64,000 nt of DNA from Mytilus edulis. Lineage: Eukaryota. Where the stretch lies: the NCBI RefSeq assembly GCF_963676685.1, contig NC_092344.1, positions 62,000,001-62,064,000 on the forward strand, in the 5' to 3' direction. Position 1 is the first letter of the stretch. Every line of letters starts with the position of its first letter. Shown here one piece after another: positions 10,819 to 24,269 of this stretch. Both the position numbers and the translations under genes were made by a program. Under the pieces are notes generated by a model. That model saw only the letters and a list, made by a program, of their open reading frames with translations, had not been told where the DNA came from and searched no databases.

Positions 10819-13800
10819 ATGGATATGGCAGTACCAATAAATAATGGAGAGCAAGAAGACGAGGTCATTGCAAGGGACGTAATTCATCTTGACATAAACA
10901 ACTCGAACATAGGAAATGGTCAGATTACAAATGATGAGAATTCAGTGACATCAGAAACAAGCAAAGATGACACAGAGAAAACTTTCATTAAACAGCAAAA
11001 ACTGAAAGCCAACTTTGCAGCAGCTGTTAAAATACTTAGCTGTGTTGTGGCTTGTATCAAAACATTTCAAAACGAATTCATGGATACATCAAATAAATAT
11101 ACGAAAAGTCATTTGGCGTGTTATAAAATGAGATCTAAACAAATGAAGCCTAACATGGCAAAAGAGGTTAATTTTATTTCAAAAAGTAAAGCATGGTTGC
11201 ACAGATTTGTGAGAACATTGCATTTCTACCCAAAAACGTTTTGGAATACGTATTTGTTGGAACCTGAGGAATTTCATAAATTTGTGGATCAGCAGAAACA
11301 TTCGGGTAGTAAAAAGGAAGCTATGCAATTTGAGTGGTGTAGATTATCGAGTTTTGCATCGTACCCACAGACATGTCATTCAGTAATACGATTGGCCGGA
11401 GCTGGATTTTACTATGACGGAAACGGAGACGAAGTTACCTGCTATTTTTGTGGCTTAACACATAAAGATTGGAAACCAATAGATGATCCAAAACTAATTC
11501 ACAAGCAAAAGGCACCTAAATGTCCGTTTGTTATGAAGAATATAAGTGAAATTTCAAAGCAAGATGATGTGCGGACTTATTCTACATATGGTGGACATGC
11601 ATCATCGGGAGGCGCATGTGGAAACGCTGCAGATTCTGAAAATTTATCAGTGGTCAGTGAGAAACATTATGAGTTTGTAAAAGAACAAAATAGAAATGAA
11701 TCAATAGTTCATAATGAAAATACATTCACAGTTGTTACGAATCGTGAAAATTCTGTTGCGGTTGACAGAAATCGTGAAAATACCGAATCTTCAACATGGT
11801 CAATGCCGCGGGAAAGAGCAGAATACTTTTCTTCACAGATAAAGACGAACCAAACGCAAACCGTTTACTCTAGAAACAACACGACTGGTCTCATTCACAT
11901 ACCGGCGACAAATGTTGCCCAACAACTAACTTCAACACATGCAATTGAAAATACTGCGCGATCTTCGGCTTCAAATACGGCACCAATGAGCATCGGCATT
12001 TGTCTTGAAAAACCTAAATATCCTAAATTTGCTAAAAAGACAACTCGATTGTCATCATTTGATAACTGGCCTTTATACCTGACTCAAACGCCAGAAGAAC
12101 TGATCAATGCAGGTTTCTTTTACACCGGTAAGTTTCTGTTGATTCCGAAAAACGAGAGGTATGTATATATACGGGTTTATAAAGATTCCGCGTTGCCTTT
12201 CCGAGAACAAATATTTTCGTATTTAACATTATAGAAACAATGAATTTTAAATCTTTATATTAAGGTATCGAGGATCATTGCAGATGCTTTTTCTGTGGAG
12301 GAGGTCTAAGAAGATGGGAGGAAGGAGATTTGCCTTGGACAGAACATGCTCGATGGTATCCCAAGTGTCCATTTGTTATACAGTGCAAGGGAGAGAAGTT
12401 TATTGGGGCTGTTCAACAAGGGGAAAATCCAGAGATAACTAAAAATGTAAGTTCAAATCAAATAGTGGACACTTCAATTTATTACGCTATGACAAATTAA
12501 GCTAATGTATAAACGTAGACAACACAATCTTATTTGTATGCATATATTTTGCATTTTTATCTTAATGTTGATTCCATCAATTGACGTTTGTTGTGCTTCA
12601 GGTGGCTGAAAAAGAACACAAGAATTCACCTAGTGGATTAAATGGATACACAAATAATCCAGCAGTACAAACCATTCTTGACTTTGGGTACGAATGTGCA
12701 GTTGTAAAGACAGCCTATGCAAGATTAAAAGAATCCGGAATACATGGTATGTACATATTTATACTACTCACAATGATTTCTGTGTCATGCAGGTATCTAC
12801 ATAAAAAGATGTAGACATTATAGAATGTATACCTTAGGGTTCATATAGTACTGGTATTATTACATCGACAGAGTACCAACATCGTTGAATTGGGATTAGG
12901 TTTACCGTGTTTACATTTGTTTTGTGCATCACTGATGAGTCTTTTGTAGATAAAACACGCGTCATGTTGTACAAGAGTTACCATCTTGGTACCTTTGGTG
13001 TTATGTAACTATTTACCATAAATTCACAATGATTGCGTAAGAAGACAACACATAGTGCATTGACAGTGTGTGTAACAAATCCAAAAAGACAAATTGTCAT
13101 AAGTTTCTGTTTTTAGCTACTTGCTGATATGTGTAAACTAAGTAAAAACTTGTTTTTACAGATGTTACGGCATCACTATTATTAGAGACCATTTGTGAAA
13201 AAGAAGAGAGTGACAATCAACATGCCTCCTCTGAGCAGACTATTGCTAGTCATAGCACAACACAAGAAAACGAAGCAGACGAAACAGAACATTTCATCAA
13301 AACACCAGACGACATTGAGAAAATTGACCCAACACTTGAATGTGAGTATGAATAAATGCATTAACATATATAAGAGTTTTACCTGAAAAACAAACATTTA
13401 AGACAAACGAAAATCAATAAAAAAAACTTAATTTGTAGCGTGTTACAATTAGACGATGTTGGAGATATAAAGATTCTACCACTGCATCGAGTGTGATACC
13501 GAATTTTGTATGCCCCATTTATGGACATTATGCTTTCTGGTCTGTGCGTCCGTTCGTCCGTCTGTCCGTTCGTTCCGAACTTCGTTTGACCGTTCGTCCG
13601 TCTGTCCTTTCGTTCCGAACTTCGTTTGTCCGTTCGTCCGTCTGTCCGTTCGTTTCGAACTTCGTTTGTTCGTTCGTCCGTCTGTCCGTTCGTTCCGATC
13701 TTCGTTTGTTCGTTCGTCCGTCTGTCCCGCTTCAGGTTAAAGGTTTGGTCGAGGTCGTTTTTGAGGAAGTTGAAGTCCAACCAACTTGAAACTTAGTACA

Positions 13801-15276
13801 CTTGTTTCCTATGACATGATCCTTCTAATTTTAATGCCAAATTAGAGATTTTACCCCATTTTCATGGTCCACTGAACACAGAAAATGATATCCGTGTACT
13901 GGGGACCCGTTCTTGTTGTTATTGTTTCAAATTTAACTGTCGAGAGTGGATAAATATCGTATTACACGAGATTTGGTGGTGGAATCTGATCTGTTTCTCT
14001 AACGATTCTTAGACGATATGGGGGTAATTGTAATCATTCTTTACGAACGTCCTGTACAAATATGTGTTCTTTCTACTTGACGCCATTAGGCATGGTCGCC
14101 TTTTACATGACGTCGCAATAGGAATTGCAGATGAAAGCAAGAAAATTTGACGTCATAATCGAATTCTGACCAATGAACAACTGATATCAAAGGAACCAAC
14201 AGGTCAGGAAAAGTAAAAATCGAATAAGAATTAGAGAATAGTTGATACAAACTTAGCCTTCTAGTTTATCACGTTTTATTATATCTTTATATATTTTTAA
14301 TTGACCATTTGTATCTTTAGGTTAAAGTATTGAACTTCGTTTGTTCGTTCGTCCGTCTGTCCGTTCGTTCCGATCTTCGTTTGTTCGTTCGTCCGTCTGT
14401 CCCGCTTCAGGTTAAAGGTTTGGTCGAGGTAGTTTTTGAGGAAGTTGAAGTCCAACCAACTTGACACTTAGTACACTTGTTTCCTATGACATGATCCTTC
14501 TAATTTTAATGCCAAATTAGAGATTTTATCCCATTTTCATGGTCCACTGAACACAGAAAATGATATCCGTGTACTGGGGACCCGTTCTTGTTGTTATTGT
14601 TTCAAATTTAACTGTCGAGAGTGGATAAATATCGTATTACACGAGATTTGGTGGTGGAATCTGATCTGTTTCTCTAACGATTCTTAGACGATATGGGGGT
14701 AATTGTAATCATTCTTTACGAACGTCCTGTAAAAATATGTGTTCTTTCTACTTGACGCCATTAGGCATGGTCGCCTTTTACATGACGTCGCAATAGGAAT
14801 TGCAGATGAAAGCAAGAAAATTTGACGTCATAATCGAATTCTGACCAATGAACAACTGATATCAAAGGAACCAACAGGTCAGGAAAAGTAAAAATCGAAT
14901 AAGAATTAGAGAATAGTTGATACAAACTTAGCCTCCTAGTTTAACACGTTTTATTATATCTTTATATATTTTTCATTGACCATTTGTATCTTTAGGTTAA
15001 AGTATTGATGAATATCTTTAATATGAACTGCATTGATATTTCATTTGCATATCTAAGTGTAAATTTATACTTTTAGTATCCATCAGGAGTCTTGAAGAAG
15101 AGAACAGGAATTTAAAAGATCAACAAACCTGTAAGATTTGTCTAGACGAACCTGTGGCCATCGTTTTCCTCCCATGTGGTCACATGGCTGCATGTATTAA
15201 CTGCGCTCCAGCTTTGAGAAGATGTCCAATCTGTAAAGCTTTTATTAAAGGAACTGTCAAAGCTATAATGTGCTGA
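10819..15276 (+). CDS. IAP-B: BIR-BIR-UBA-like-RING inhibitor of apoptosis, ~671 aa; exons 10819-12127, 12265-12446, 12602-12746, 13162-13341, 15077-15276
   Basis: BIR1 (RLSSF..AGFYY..VTCYFC..H..C) lies in the 471-aa ORF. BIR2 is split by a phase-1 intron. UBA-like exon and C-terminal RING follow. All junctions are GT-AG and in frame; CDS 2016 nt. Confidence 0.93.
12926..12969 (+). repeat. Decayed hammerhead motif in IAP-B intron 3
   Basis: CTGATGA-GTCTTTTGTAGAT-AAAA-CACGCG-TC matches the 45.8-kb hammerhead, but GAAA is mutated to AAAA. Confidence 0.7.
13505..13915 (+). mobile_element. Helentron-associated (HINE/DINE-1-like) repeat with CGTC/CGTT microsatellite
   Basis: TTTT.TATGCCCC head, (CGTC/CGTT)n tract, CAGGTTAAAG..AACTTGAAACTTAGTACAC core. 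Homologous copies at 48730-49012 (-) and 58988-59448 (+). The family assignment is inference from this architecture. Confidence 0.65.
13657..15006 (+). repeat. 675-bp direct tandem duplication in IAP-B intron 4
   Basis: 13657-14331 is repeated almost identically at 14332-15006. Confidence 0.9.
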
Positions 15277-16108
15277 AATATTTCCAGAACGATTAAACAC
15301 TTTAGAAACAATTTAATTTTCCAATTCAAATGTCGATTTATGTTAATAGAATTGGAAAAAATAGCTTGAAATTGTTAGAGAAGATGTAAAAATACAATTT
15401 CATGAACCTAAAATGTATTATGATAAGCAAGATGTTGTTATTGTTTATTTGTTATTATTCGTTATCATTTTTTAATTGTTATCAATTATTATTTGTTATT
15501 ACTTTTTAAGAGGCAATGCCAGAGAAAAACAGGCAGATCTTAGAAATTTTGTTCAACAACCTTTTTGAGATAAATGTGTTTTTGTATTGTATGCACCTTG
15601 TTTTGTTGGGAAATGACATTTTTAAAAGTCATATTGGGTTATTATGTATAAAAAATGAATTTGATTTTACAGTAAATTTGACTGCTTATATAGGGAAATA
15701 GGGGTATCAATTTCTTAACAAAAACAGCCTACAATATAACGATTGATATATATTCTTAAAGATGACCATGAATACAGCAGGAAATGATAATAACATCTCT
15801 GGTATCTGTTGATATGTAAATGTTCTAATGCAGTAAACTGTTAGGAAACAGCAGTTTGTTTTCGACTTTTTGGTGTTTTGACATACCAAAAGTGATGCTC
15901 TTCAATTTAAAAACCGATAAAGGTTGTAATCAGCTGTGTGGTAAAATGAACTTCTGTTGTATATTTTTATACATAATAAGCGAGTTCGGAGTTTCGATTA
16001 CTTCCGGTACATAGGAGATTTGCCGCTTTGCATTGTGGGATCGGACGGAAGATAAACAAAGCATTTTGGCGGTTACATTTTGAGGAGAGAGAGTTGGTTT
16101 TTATCGAG

Positions 16109-19100
16109 ATGTCTGAAAATGACACCTCGATTGATACTTTTAAACGGTGGACGGTACCAGTGCTGCAAAAGTATCTGCGGATACTTGGTTTGAGAACATC
16201 TGGGAAGAAAGAAGAACTTGTAGCACTAGTTTATTCAGCCGATTTGATGAAGATTAAGCCAGTGCTAACACCCGCCGAAGAGAGAAAACTGAAAGCTGAC
16301 CAGTACTGTGACAAATTGAAGGCACCAAAAGGTTTCATTTATAAAAATACATTCACTTTGCAAAATACCCATAGCTCAAATAAAAAAATATAAGATATTC
16401 AGACAACCTATACCTGTATACTATATATAAGTCTATATAAAATGCAAGGAAAGCATATATATTACAATGGGTATATTCGGTCCTTAAATGCTTATTGAAT
16501 ACTGCTGTATTATTTGGGGTGAAAAAATGAATGGATAACAAGAACTTTAAAAGTCATAAAAAGGGCAGCAAGATTAATTATGCAGATCCTTTATCCCCCG
16601 CAGCCCCCTTATTTAAAAAACTTGGGTGGATGACAGTTGACAATAGAATAAAACGTATGTCCATATTTTCATGGACACTTTTATTCCAGAGTACATATTT
16701 TTATAGGAAATTGTGTCCTGGACACATTTGAATAAGTAAATATTGTCCATGGACAGTATTTATTACAAAATTATGCCTGCTGGACATTATTTCATGGGCC
16801 AGAGATATTATTTAAAAAAATCCTACATAAGTACATGTACAAGTATATATATTATCCAATTATATGGCATTACCTTTACTAAATCATTACTGCCAGAAGC
16901 TTGTAACCCTATCTATTTGAAAATAGTTTATCCTTGGAAGTACATGTAGCAAAAAATAGCTTTACAGTGTTATGAATAAATTTAAATTAAATCATTTAAA
17001 CAATCATGAAATCTTCTTCATAGGTATTGTTCCAGATCCTTTGATAGACTTGACAAGTGGATGGGTTACAGAATCCAAGGGTGTTTCTATGTGGCCTCCA
17101 ACTATGTATTATGACATAGCCACCTTCCTTCAGAAAAAAGAAGACAAATCACTGAGTGACAGGTTGATGAAGGACTACAAGGAGGGAAAGGCCTACAGTT
17201 ATTTTACATCCGGATGGCTGAAGGAAGTCCATTACCATCATATCGACAGCAATAGTCCTTATTGTTTTTTGAAGGCAGAATGTACTGCATCTCAACGCAT
17301 TAATGATGTGCCACATACAGCATGGGTTTTACTTGAGAAAGTTTCTGGGGAAATTCAGACAGCTTACTGTTCATGTTTTGCTGGGTATGTTAATAAAATA
17401 TGCAGTAACCATAAACCATGGTAATAAATTGAAAAGAAAGAATATTAAAAAATATATAAATATATATAAAAATATTTAGGATCATTGAACAGACTTTTAA
17501 AAAATTAAAAACATTCAAATTGCAAGGCTTCAAAGTCATGAAAGTGATATAGAAACACCACTTTTAATCTTTTATTGATGTTTTTCATCTTAAAGTCAAC
17601 ATATTTGCATGTGTTATACATAATTTTTGACACGCATATGCATACTAGAAAATTTTCTAATTCGGACTGTTGCATAAAGTTTTTAACTTCTAGACAGATA
17701 CTGATATAACATTTTACATTGTCTTCCATACAAAATAAGATTAGTTTATTAAATTATTTACTATTTTATTTGCTCATGTTGGTATAAATAAACAACTTTC
17801 TATTCCTGTGTTAAAATTTGTAGATTGGGAGAGACTTGCAACCATATGGCAGCCATTTTATTCAAAGTAGACTACGCTTGGCAATGGGGTGCAAATAATA
17901 AATCTTGCACTTCCAAGCCATGTGTCTGGAAGTCACCAAGTACAAAAAAGTCTGTTGTTCAACCAAAAAAACTTTCTGAATTAAAAATAATGAAACCACA
18001 TTATTCTAAAGGAGGTACATGTATAAAAATGTATTCTGCATTTGAAATTGCATGAAATCAGTTTGTTACATGTATTTAAAAAAAATTGCATGTAAATTTG
18101 TACTGTATTTATGAAATTTTGTTTTATTTTTCCAGATTGTTGGTTATAATTAGTTCTACATTTTTTGTGCAGTTCTTACTTTCTTGTCTTGTTATGAAAT
18201 GTGCAAAAAGTTCTGTTGATATTCTATTTGCCATTTTATAACTGTTTAAGAAAGGTATATTTCACCTGCATGTAGTAAGAAATCTTTGGAAGTAATAGAT
18301 ACATGTATGCAAGCAGCATACAAATTGAAATAGTTTACACAAAAACTTCATTTATATACTACTGTTTTCATTAAAAAATTGTAAGTATGAATTTAAAAAC
18401 AATTTTATTTTCTGAAATACTGGACATGCTGGAGACAACATTTAATTGGCTTGTGTATTTTTAAAACTCAGTTTACCCGGGAGTGAACAATGTATCTACA
18501 TTTGTAGAAGATGTCCCAATGATAAAAATGATGATGAATGAAATATTTAATTTTTAAATCATTCTGTATTTTCACTGTGACGACATATTTAAATATACAA
18601 GGATATTGCTTGCCTATAAAATTTCTTTTTATGTCATTTTTGTCAACTTTGGAGACTAAAAATATGTTAGCATAATTTTTACTCTTGTGTAAAATGAACT
18701 TTTCCATCATTCTTCAGTGTCGTATACTCACACCTTTATTTTGTAGGGCAAGGACAGCCAATTAACCCAATCAAACGACAACTTTTTCAGCCAACACAGG
18801 GAACACAACCATCTTTAGGGAAGTTGAGTGATGCCTTACTACCGGCATGTCAGAATGCTGCAGTATTCCAGTACTTACACCACAACTACACAAATTATGA
18901 ACCATCTGAAGATTTTAATGTTCTGTCAACAGAAATTGGCACAACTACTGAGGGGACCATTTTACCTTTATCATTACCAGAGATTGCTGGAAACTGTCAT
19001 GATCATAATGAGCTTCTTGAAAAACTGAAGTACACAGATGCTGACCGGGAGAAAATTTTACAGGAAACAAATGGGCAAAGTGAAAACACAGAATGGTTCA

Positions 19101-20082
19101 ATCAAAGGAAAGGACGAATTACATGTTCTAGGATGCACTCTGTTTTCACAAAATCAGAAACATTGAAGAAAAATTAAGCTGTGAACACAGAATCACTAGT
19201 CACTGAGATCCTTGGCTACAAAGAAAAAAATAGTAATATTCCTGCATTGAAGTATGGTAGATTCATGGAACCTGTAGCCAGAAGGAAGTATAAGTGTATA
19301 CTGTTACAGAGGAAACACCAAGATTTAAAAGTTGTGGAAACAGGGCTCTACATCGACACTGAAAGGGGCTATTTAGGTTCAAGTCCAGATGGTATGGTAG
19401 ACTGTTCTTGCTGTGGTTCTGGTGTGTTGGAGGTTAAATGTCCATTAAGTATTGCACACACCATACCAAGTCATGAAAATCTAACATACTTAGTTAAAGA
19501 AGGTAGTAACATCACATTACAAAGAAACCACAACTACTACACACAGATACAAGGGCAAATGGCAATTTGTAATAAACAATGGTGTGATTTTTTTATATTT
19601 ACCAAGCATGGACACCACTTGGAGAGAATTCTGTTCCAGAAAGATTATTGGGAAAAGATTGTGTCAAATTTGGAAAATTTCTTTCTTAAGTATGTTGTAG
19701 TGGAGCTTCTGACTCAGGATATAAAAAAAAGGTTGCACACACAGAAACATCAAGTGGTACGAAGAGTAATACATGTACAGACAGCATACCACTCTTGGCA
19801 ATAAATACATGTAAACCAACAAAACCAACACAAGCTAAAGGGAAAAAGCTCAACAAGAGACGCAAAAAGGTTGAACCAAAACCAATTTATCTGTGCGGCT
19901 CATGTCAGCAGACATGTTTGGAAATTGATGAACTGGACAACAATTGTGAATCTGACTACAGTATAGGATGTGACAAATGTAGAAAATGGTTTCACTGGGG
20001 ATGCATTGGTTTTGATGGTATGTTGAACATGGATAAATGGTACTGTGATGACTGTGAAGCTAGTAAGGAAAACAGTTTATGA
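16109..20082 (+). pseudogene. ISL2EU accessory gene: SAP-like + SWIM zinc finger + YqaJ/lambda-exonuclease + PHD finger; exons 16109-16331, 17024-17384, 17824-18014, 18747-20082
   Basis: SAP-like WTVPVLQKYLRILGLRTSGKKEELV. SWIM CSCFAG|LGETCNH is joined across an intron. YqaJ motifs WFNQRKGRIT, SPDG, EVKCP, YYTQIQGQ. PHD C4HC3 in ORF 19795-20082. Lesions: in-frame TAA at 19175-19177 and a frameshift most likely at the A8 run 19723-19730. Confidence 0.85.
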
Positions 20083-22576
20083 ATAAGGTATGTTTTTATG
20101 TCTCACCTACAGTAGTAGAAGCATTGTTTTTTTGGCTGTCCCCTTCCAGGTTAAAGAGTTTGGACGTCCGGCAAGGCAGTTTTTATACTATGTCATTTAA
20201 GACTAAATGTACATATATATATATATACATTTTTGTGATATGGTGTACTGTTGTTTATCTGTCTCATTTTGACATTTATTTAATTTTAAAATATTTTGAC
20301 ACCTTTTGGAATACACTGACTCTGACAGACTTTGATATTATATGCTGCTTTCTAAATATAAAGTTGTCGTTTGATTTGTTTTACATTTACATGTGTCATT
20401 TCGGGGTCATTTATAGCTGACTATGTCGTATGGGCTTTGCTCGTTATTGAAGGACATACAGTGACCTACATTTGTTAATTTCTGTATTTCTTGGTCTCTT
20501 GTGGAGATTTGTCTCATTGGCAATCATCTTATCACATCTTCTTGTATATTCAAGAATTGTCTGGACTATTTGAATAGCAACATAAATAATATACAATGAA
20601 TATTGTATGGTACATTGTATTTATAGATATAGGAAGATGTGGTGTTCACGAGTCTGTTAAATTATCAAAATTTCCTTTCAATTTTAGGTCAATTATTTTT
20701 AATATTTTGCTCCATATATGATATCATATCCCATTTTGTGTTGGCTTGCTAGACACATGAACTGTCTACAGAATATAAAATTCACATCACCAGATAATAA
20801 AAGTAACTTCATAAAACTTTTATATTTAAATTTTATTAACAGTATTTATAACAGAAACAAAAAACAAATATTTGGATTTTCACAAATCAAAACCAACAAA
20901 TAGTATATATGTATTTAATATATATTATAATAAATATACTGAATATTTGTAATTTAAACCCTCAAAAAATATATTATTATTTCAAGAATCAATTTGAAAA
21001 ATGACTTATTTATTTTGATATTGCAGAGGAGTATATGCAAGAGAAGAGAAGAAAAGAGAAAGACGGAAGATATAAAAGTTGAAGATGATATTAATCATTA
21101 TCTTTAAGACAGCCTACATATTTCTATATTTCTTCAGTGACAACATGCTTTGAAGCAGTATTGTAAAAATACATTGTACATGTACTTTTCAGGTGTATTG
21201 GTCTGGGAACACAGTTATCTTCCCTTGATTTTCATAGTCTCCAAATATAATCCTTAGTGTGGACAGTGTGTTATAATTACCATTTATTTTTTATCCTTTC
21301 CAAATTTATTACTTCATATTTTTGGCCTTAAATGGCAAGAAGGGGAATGAAACTACACTTTAAAAAAATTGGGTCATGAATTTCAAAGTTCAGTAGTGAA
21401 TTTTCCATATAAAAAAGGCTAAAAAATAGTATTTCTGAAGCAGTTAAAAAGAATTCAAGACCCCCTTACATAAAATTGTCCATATTTTGAGTTAGCGCTG
21501 ATGAAGTTTTTTTTTTATCATTTTGATATAATTTGTCCCAAAACGTTCAAAAAAGTTCAACACATGCACTGTGAAGTAATGTCAAGAAGGGCAGTCAGGA
21601 TTTGTTTTATTTCCATTTATTTTCTCAAAGAATTGCACTATATATATATATAAAATAACTGTGTTCTCACACCAATTGTCCTTGAAACCTCACTCATAAT
21701 TATGCATTCTTTTCAAAATATATATTTGGTTATACTTATTAAGTTCTAAGAAAAAGTTGTCTCAATTATCATGATTATGGTTAACAATCTATAAAGAAAA
21801 GATGTCTTTATCATGGTTAACAACCATAATTATATATTTTTTAAAATTCAACATTCTTGAAACAAAGTTTTAAAATAAATTTATTATCGAAAAGTACAAA
21901 GACAAATTGCAGTTGAATAGTTATTCTAAAAAAAAATCCTTTTTCAAGCAATAATTTAATCATAAAAGTAAATAACATATATCCTTTGAGCTAGAAATAA
22001 ATAAACAATTTACATATATTTGAAAGAAATTTTTTTTCTCTTGGCCAAAATTTTAAAACTGTTTTTTATCTTGGGTTAACAGGAATAATTACAATTAAAT
22101 GATGTATGAGGTGAGGTCTAAATACAGTTGTAGTGATTGTTAAGTACTATTATATTGAAAACTATATAACAGTAGTCTGTTTAGAACGGTTTATGTTTAC
22201 TTCTGCTCCAAATAACTAATTAAACCAAATCATAACCTAAAACATTTTATCAGATAATATTTTAAAATTCAAAAAATATATATCTTTTAAACTCCTGCAT
22301 TGTGATACATTTTAAAATTTTGAATTAACATAATCGTAAAGTTTTGATATACATGTATCAAAATTTGGCACCTTAAGTCTCAATAATTCAAACAGAAAAT
22401 ATAATAATTTTTTAAATGCTTGGAGTATATATTCTTGAAAGTGATTATCTTTTTTTTTTACAAAATAGGTGCAATTCATAGTCCTCAATAAACTTTTACA
22501 GCCAAATTGTCTAAACTTTTTAAATCAGTGTTAATGAAAACCAATTATTATTATTGTTGATGGGTTTATTTAATTA

Positions 22577-24269
22577 TCACTTTACTAAAGGTGGTTGCAA
22601 ATTAGATACAGCAGAACAAATTGTAAAAATCTCATTTGCCAAAGGAACCAAAGTAATAGGCAGTGTGTTTTTCAAAATTTGAAAACACTTGATTCGGCCA
22701 ATTGCCCTTTCAACATGAATTCGGACATTGGCAACTGCCTTTGTTTTCAGTACATTTTCCTTAGTCATCTGCTCTGACCCCTGACCAGGTGGTGGTATGA
22801 TCAGTTTTGCTTGTCTCATTACCAAGTCTGATTGTATGGGAAAACCTCTATCTGCCATTACCTCATCAGTTGGATCAATGAGATTTAAAAAACCACTGTC
22901 CATTACAATAAAGCGATCAGAGGCCCTCCCGCCATAAGCTTCGGAAATGTATGAAATGCTGCCATTTGGTGCCATTGCCACTAAAAACTTAAGCGTGTTG
23001 TTTTTTTTTGTAGTCGGACCATGTTTGTGCTTGTAATTCCATATCTCGGGGTCTTTCAATGAATATTTCAGTGCAGTCTATGATACACCTAAGATTAGGA
23101 GCAATTGAACTATATACATGTGGCAATGTCTCTTTTGTTATTTCTTTATCTGGCCAATGTATAAGAGGCTTCAACTCGTACGCCAGAAACTTCAACCAAG
23201 TATTCAACACCTGTGAGACAACTGAGAGTTGAACACCAAAAAAATCACCCAGTAGCTCACTGTTCATACCAACCTTACACTTCATCAAAGTCATGACAAG
23301 TTCATCTTTGACAGACAATTTTCTTTTGGGGCCAAATTTTTTAGGTGATTTTTTGAAAACCCTTTTCGCTTTCGTGCTTACGATTTTCTTGCTTCCACTC
23401 CAATAGGTCAAACGCTTTGCACGTGGTAACAAATGCTTGTATAGCCTATCAAAAACATCTGCATTTGGCAGCCCTGTGTACAATCGTGTTTTGCTGTCAT
23501 CTTTCACTATGTTATTAGTCATAGTTGTATGAACCATGTTTTTTGTGCCTTTGCTGTGTAGTTGTTGTTGTAAATAAATTAATTGAGAATTTAGTTTATT
23601 AATAGTTTGTTGTTTGTTGAAGCAACCTTTACAAACACAGTTGGAGGAACAGTCACATTTAGAAGCATATGAATGGTCTGATTTATTAAGATGATTGTCA
23701 GATTGCAGCTTTTCTTTACATGTACTGTTTTTCTCTTTATTTATACCAGTGTAACAGTGGTCTGATTGTGCAGATTTTTTAACATAGTCAATATACGGTG
23801 TAGCAGTATATATTTGAATGTCTTCTGCTGGTAAATTTGTGTCTTGAATGTCTTGCAATGCAGATGACTCAATTGTACTTGTATTTTCAGACACAGACTT
23901 GCTTTTCTTTTGAAATTGATGTTTAACAATTATCTTTCTGGATGGTCTTACAGTTGTTTTTACAGTGTGCCCTAAATTAACCGATGGATAAGGAGTACAT
24001 TCCTCAAAATGATTTGAACAAACCCTGTCATGAGCTTTTGGAGTCCAGTTTTTATTAGTTGTTGGGTCAATTCTATTAACTTGAATCATCCATTTTCTCC
24101 TTAACTCAGGATTCTTGTTTTCTGTTGGAAATGGAAACAACTTGAAGGGTGGTTCACAATCACAAGACCTTGTTCCTAAATTACACTTATGAACTTGACA
24201 CAAAGTTTTCATCCATTTGTTGAGGTGGTAGGTGGAATTACCACACCCAACAACACAACAAATTCTCAT
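22577..24269 (-). pseudogene. ISL2EU transposase (THAP + HTH + Harbinger-type DDE), frameshifted
   Basis: THAP CCVVGC..FPFP..W..RVCSNHF; HTH LYTGLP..ELVMTLMK; catalytic IIDCTE, MADRGF, RIHVERAIG. One extra base in the T9 run 23001-23009 splits WSDYK|KNNTLKFL. Confidence 0.9.

Noticed and set aside
12128-12234. C-terminal tails of the 471-aa ORFs (also 42998-43113)
   Set aside because: Intron read-through; BIR2 is completed only by splicing at G|GTAAGT.
13379-13789. Repetitive ORFs of 76-133 aa
   Set aside because: Translations of the CGTC/CGTT microsatellite in intron 4.
19181-19804. YqaJ gene as a phage or bacterial contaminant or recent horizontal transfer
   Set aside because: It is part of a spliced gene inside ISL2EU TIRs, where YqaJ is expected.
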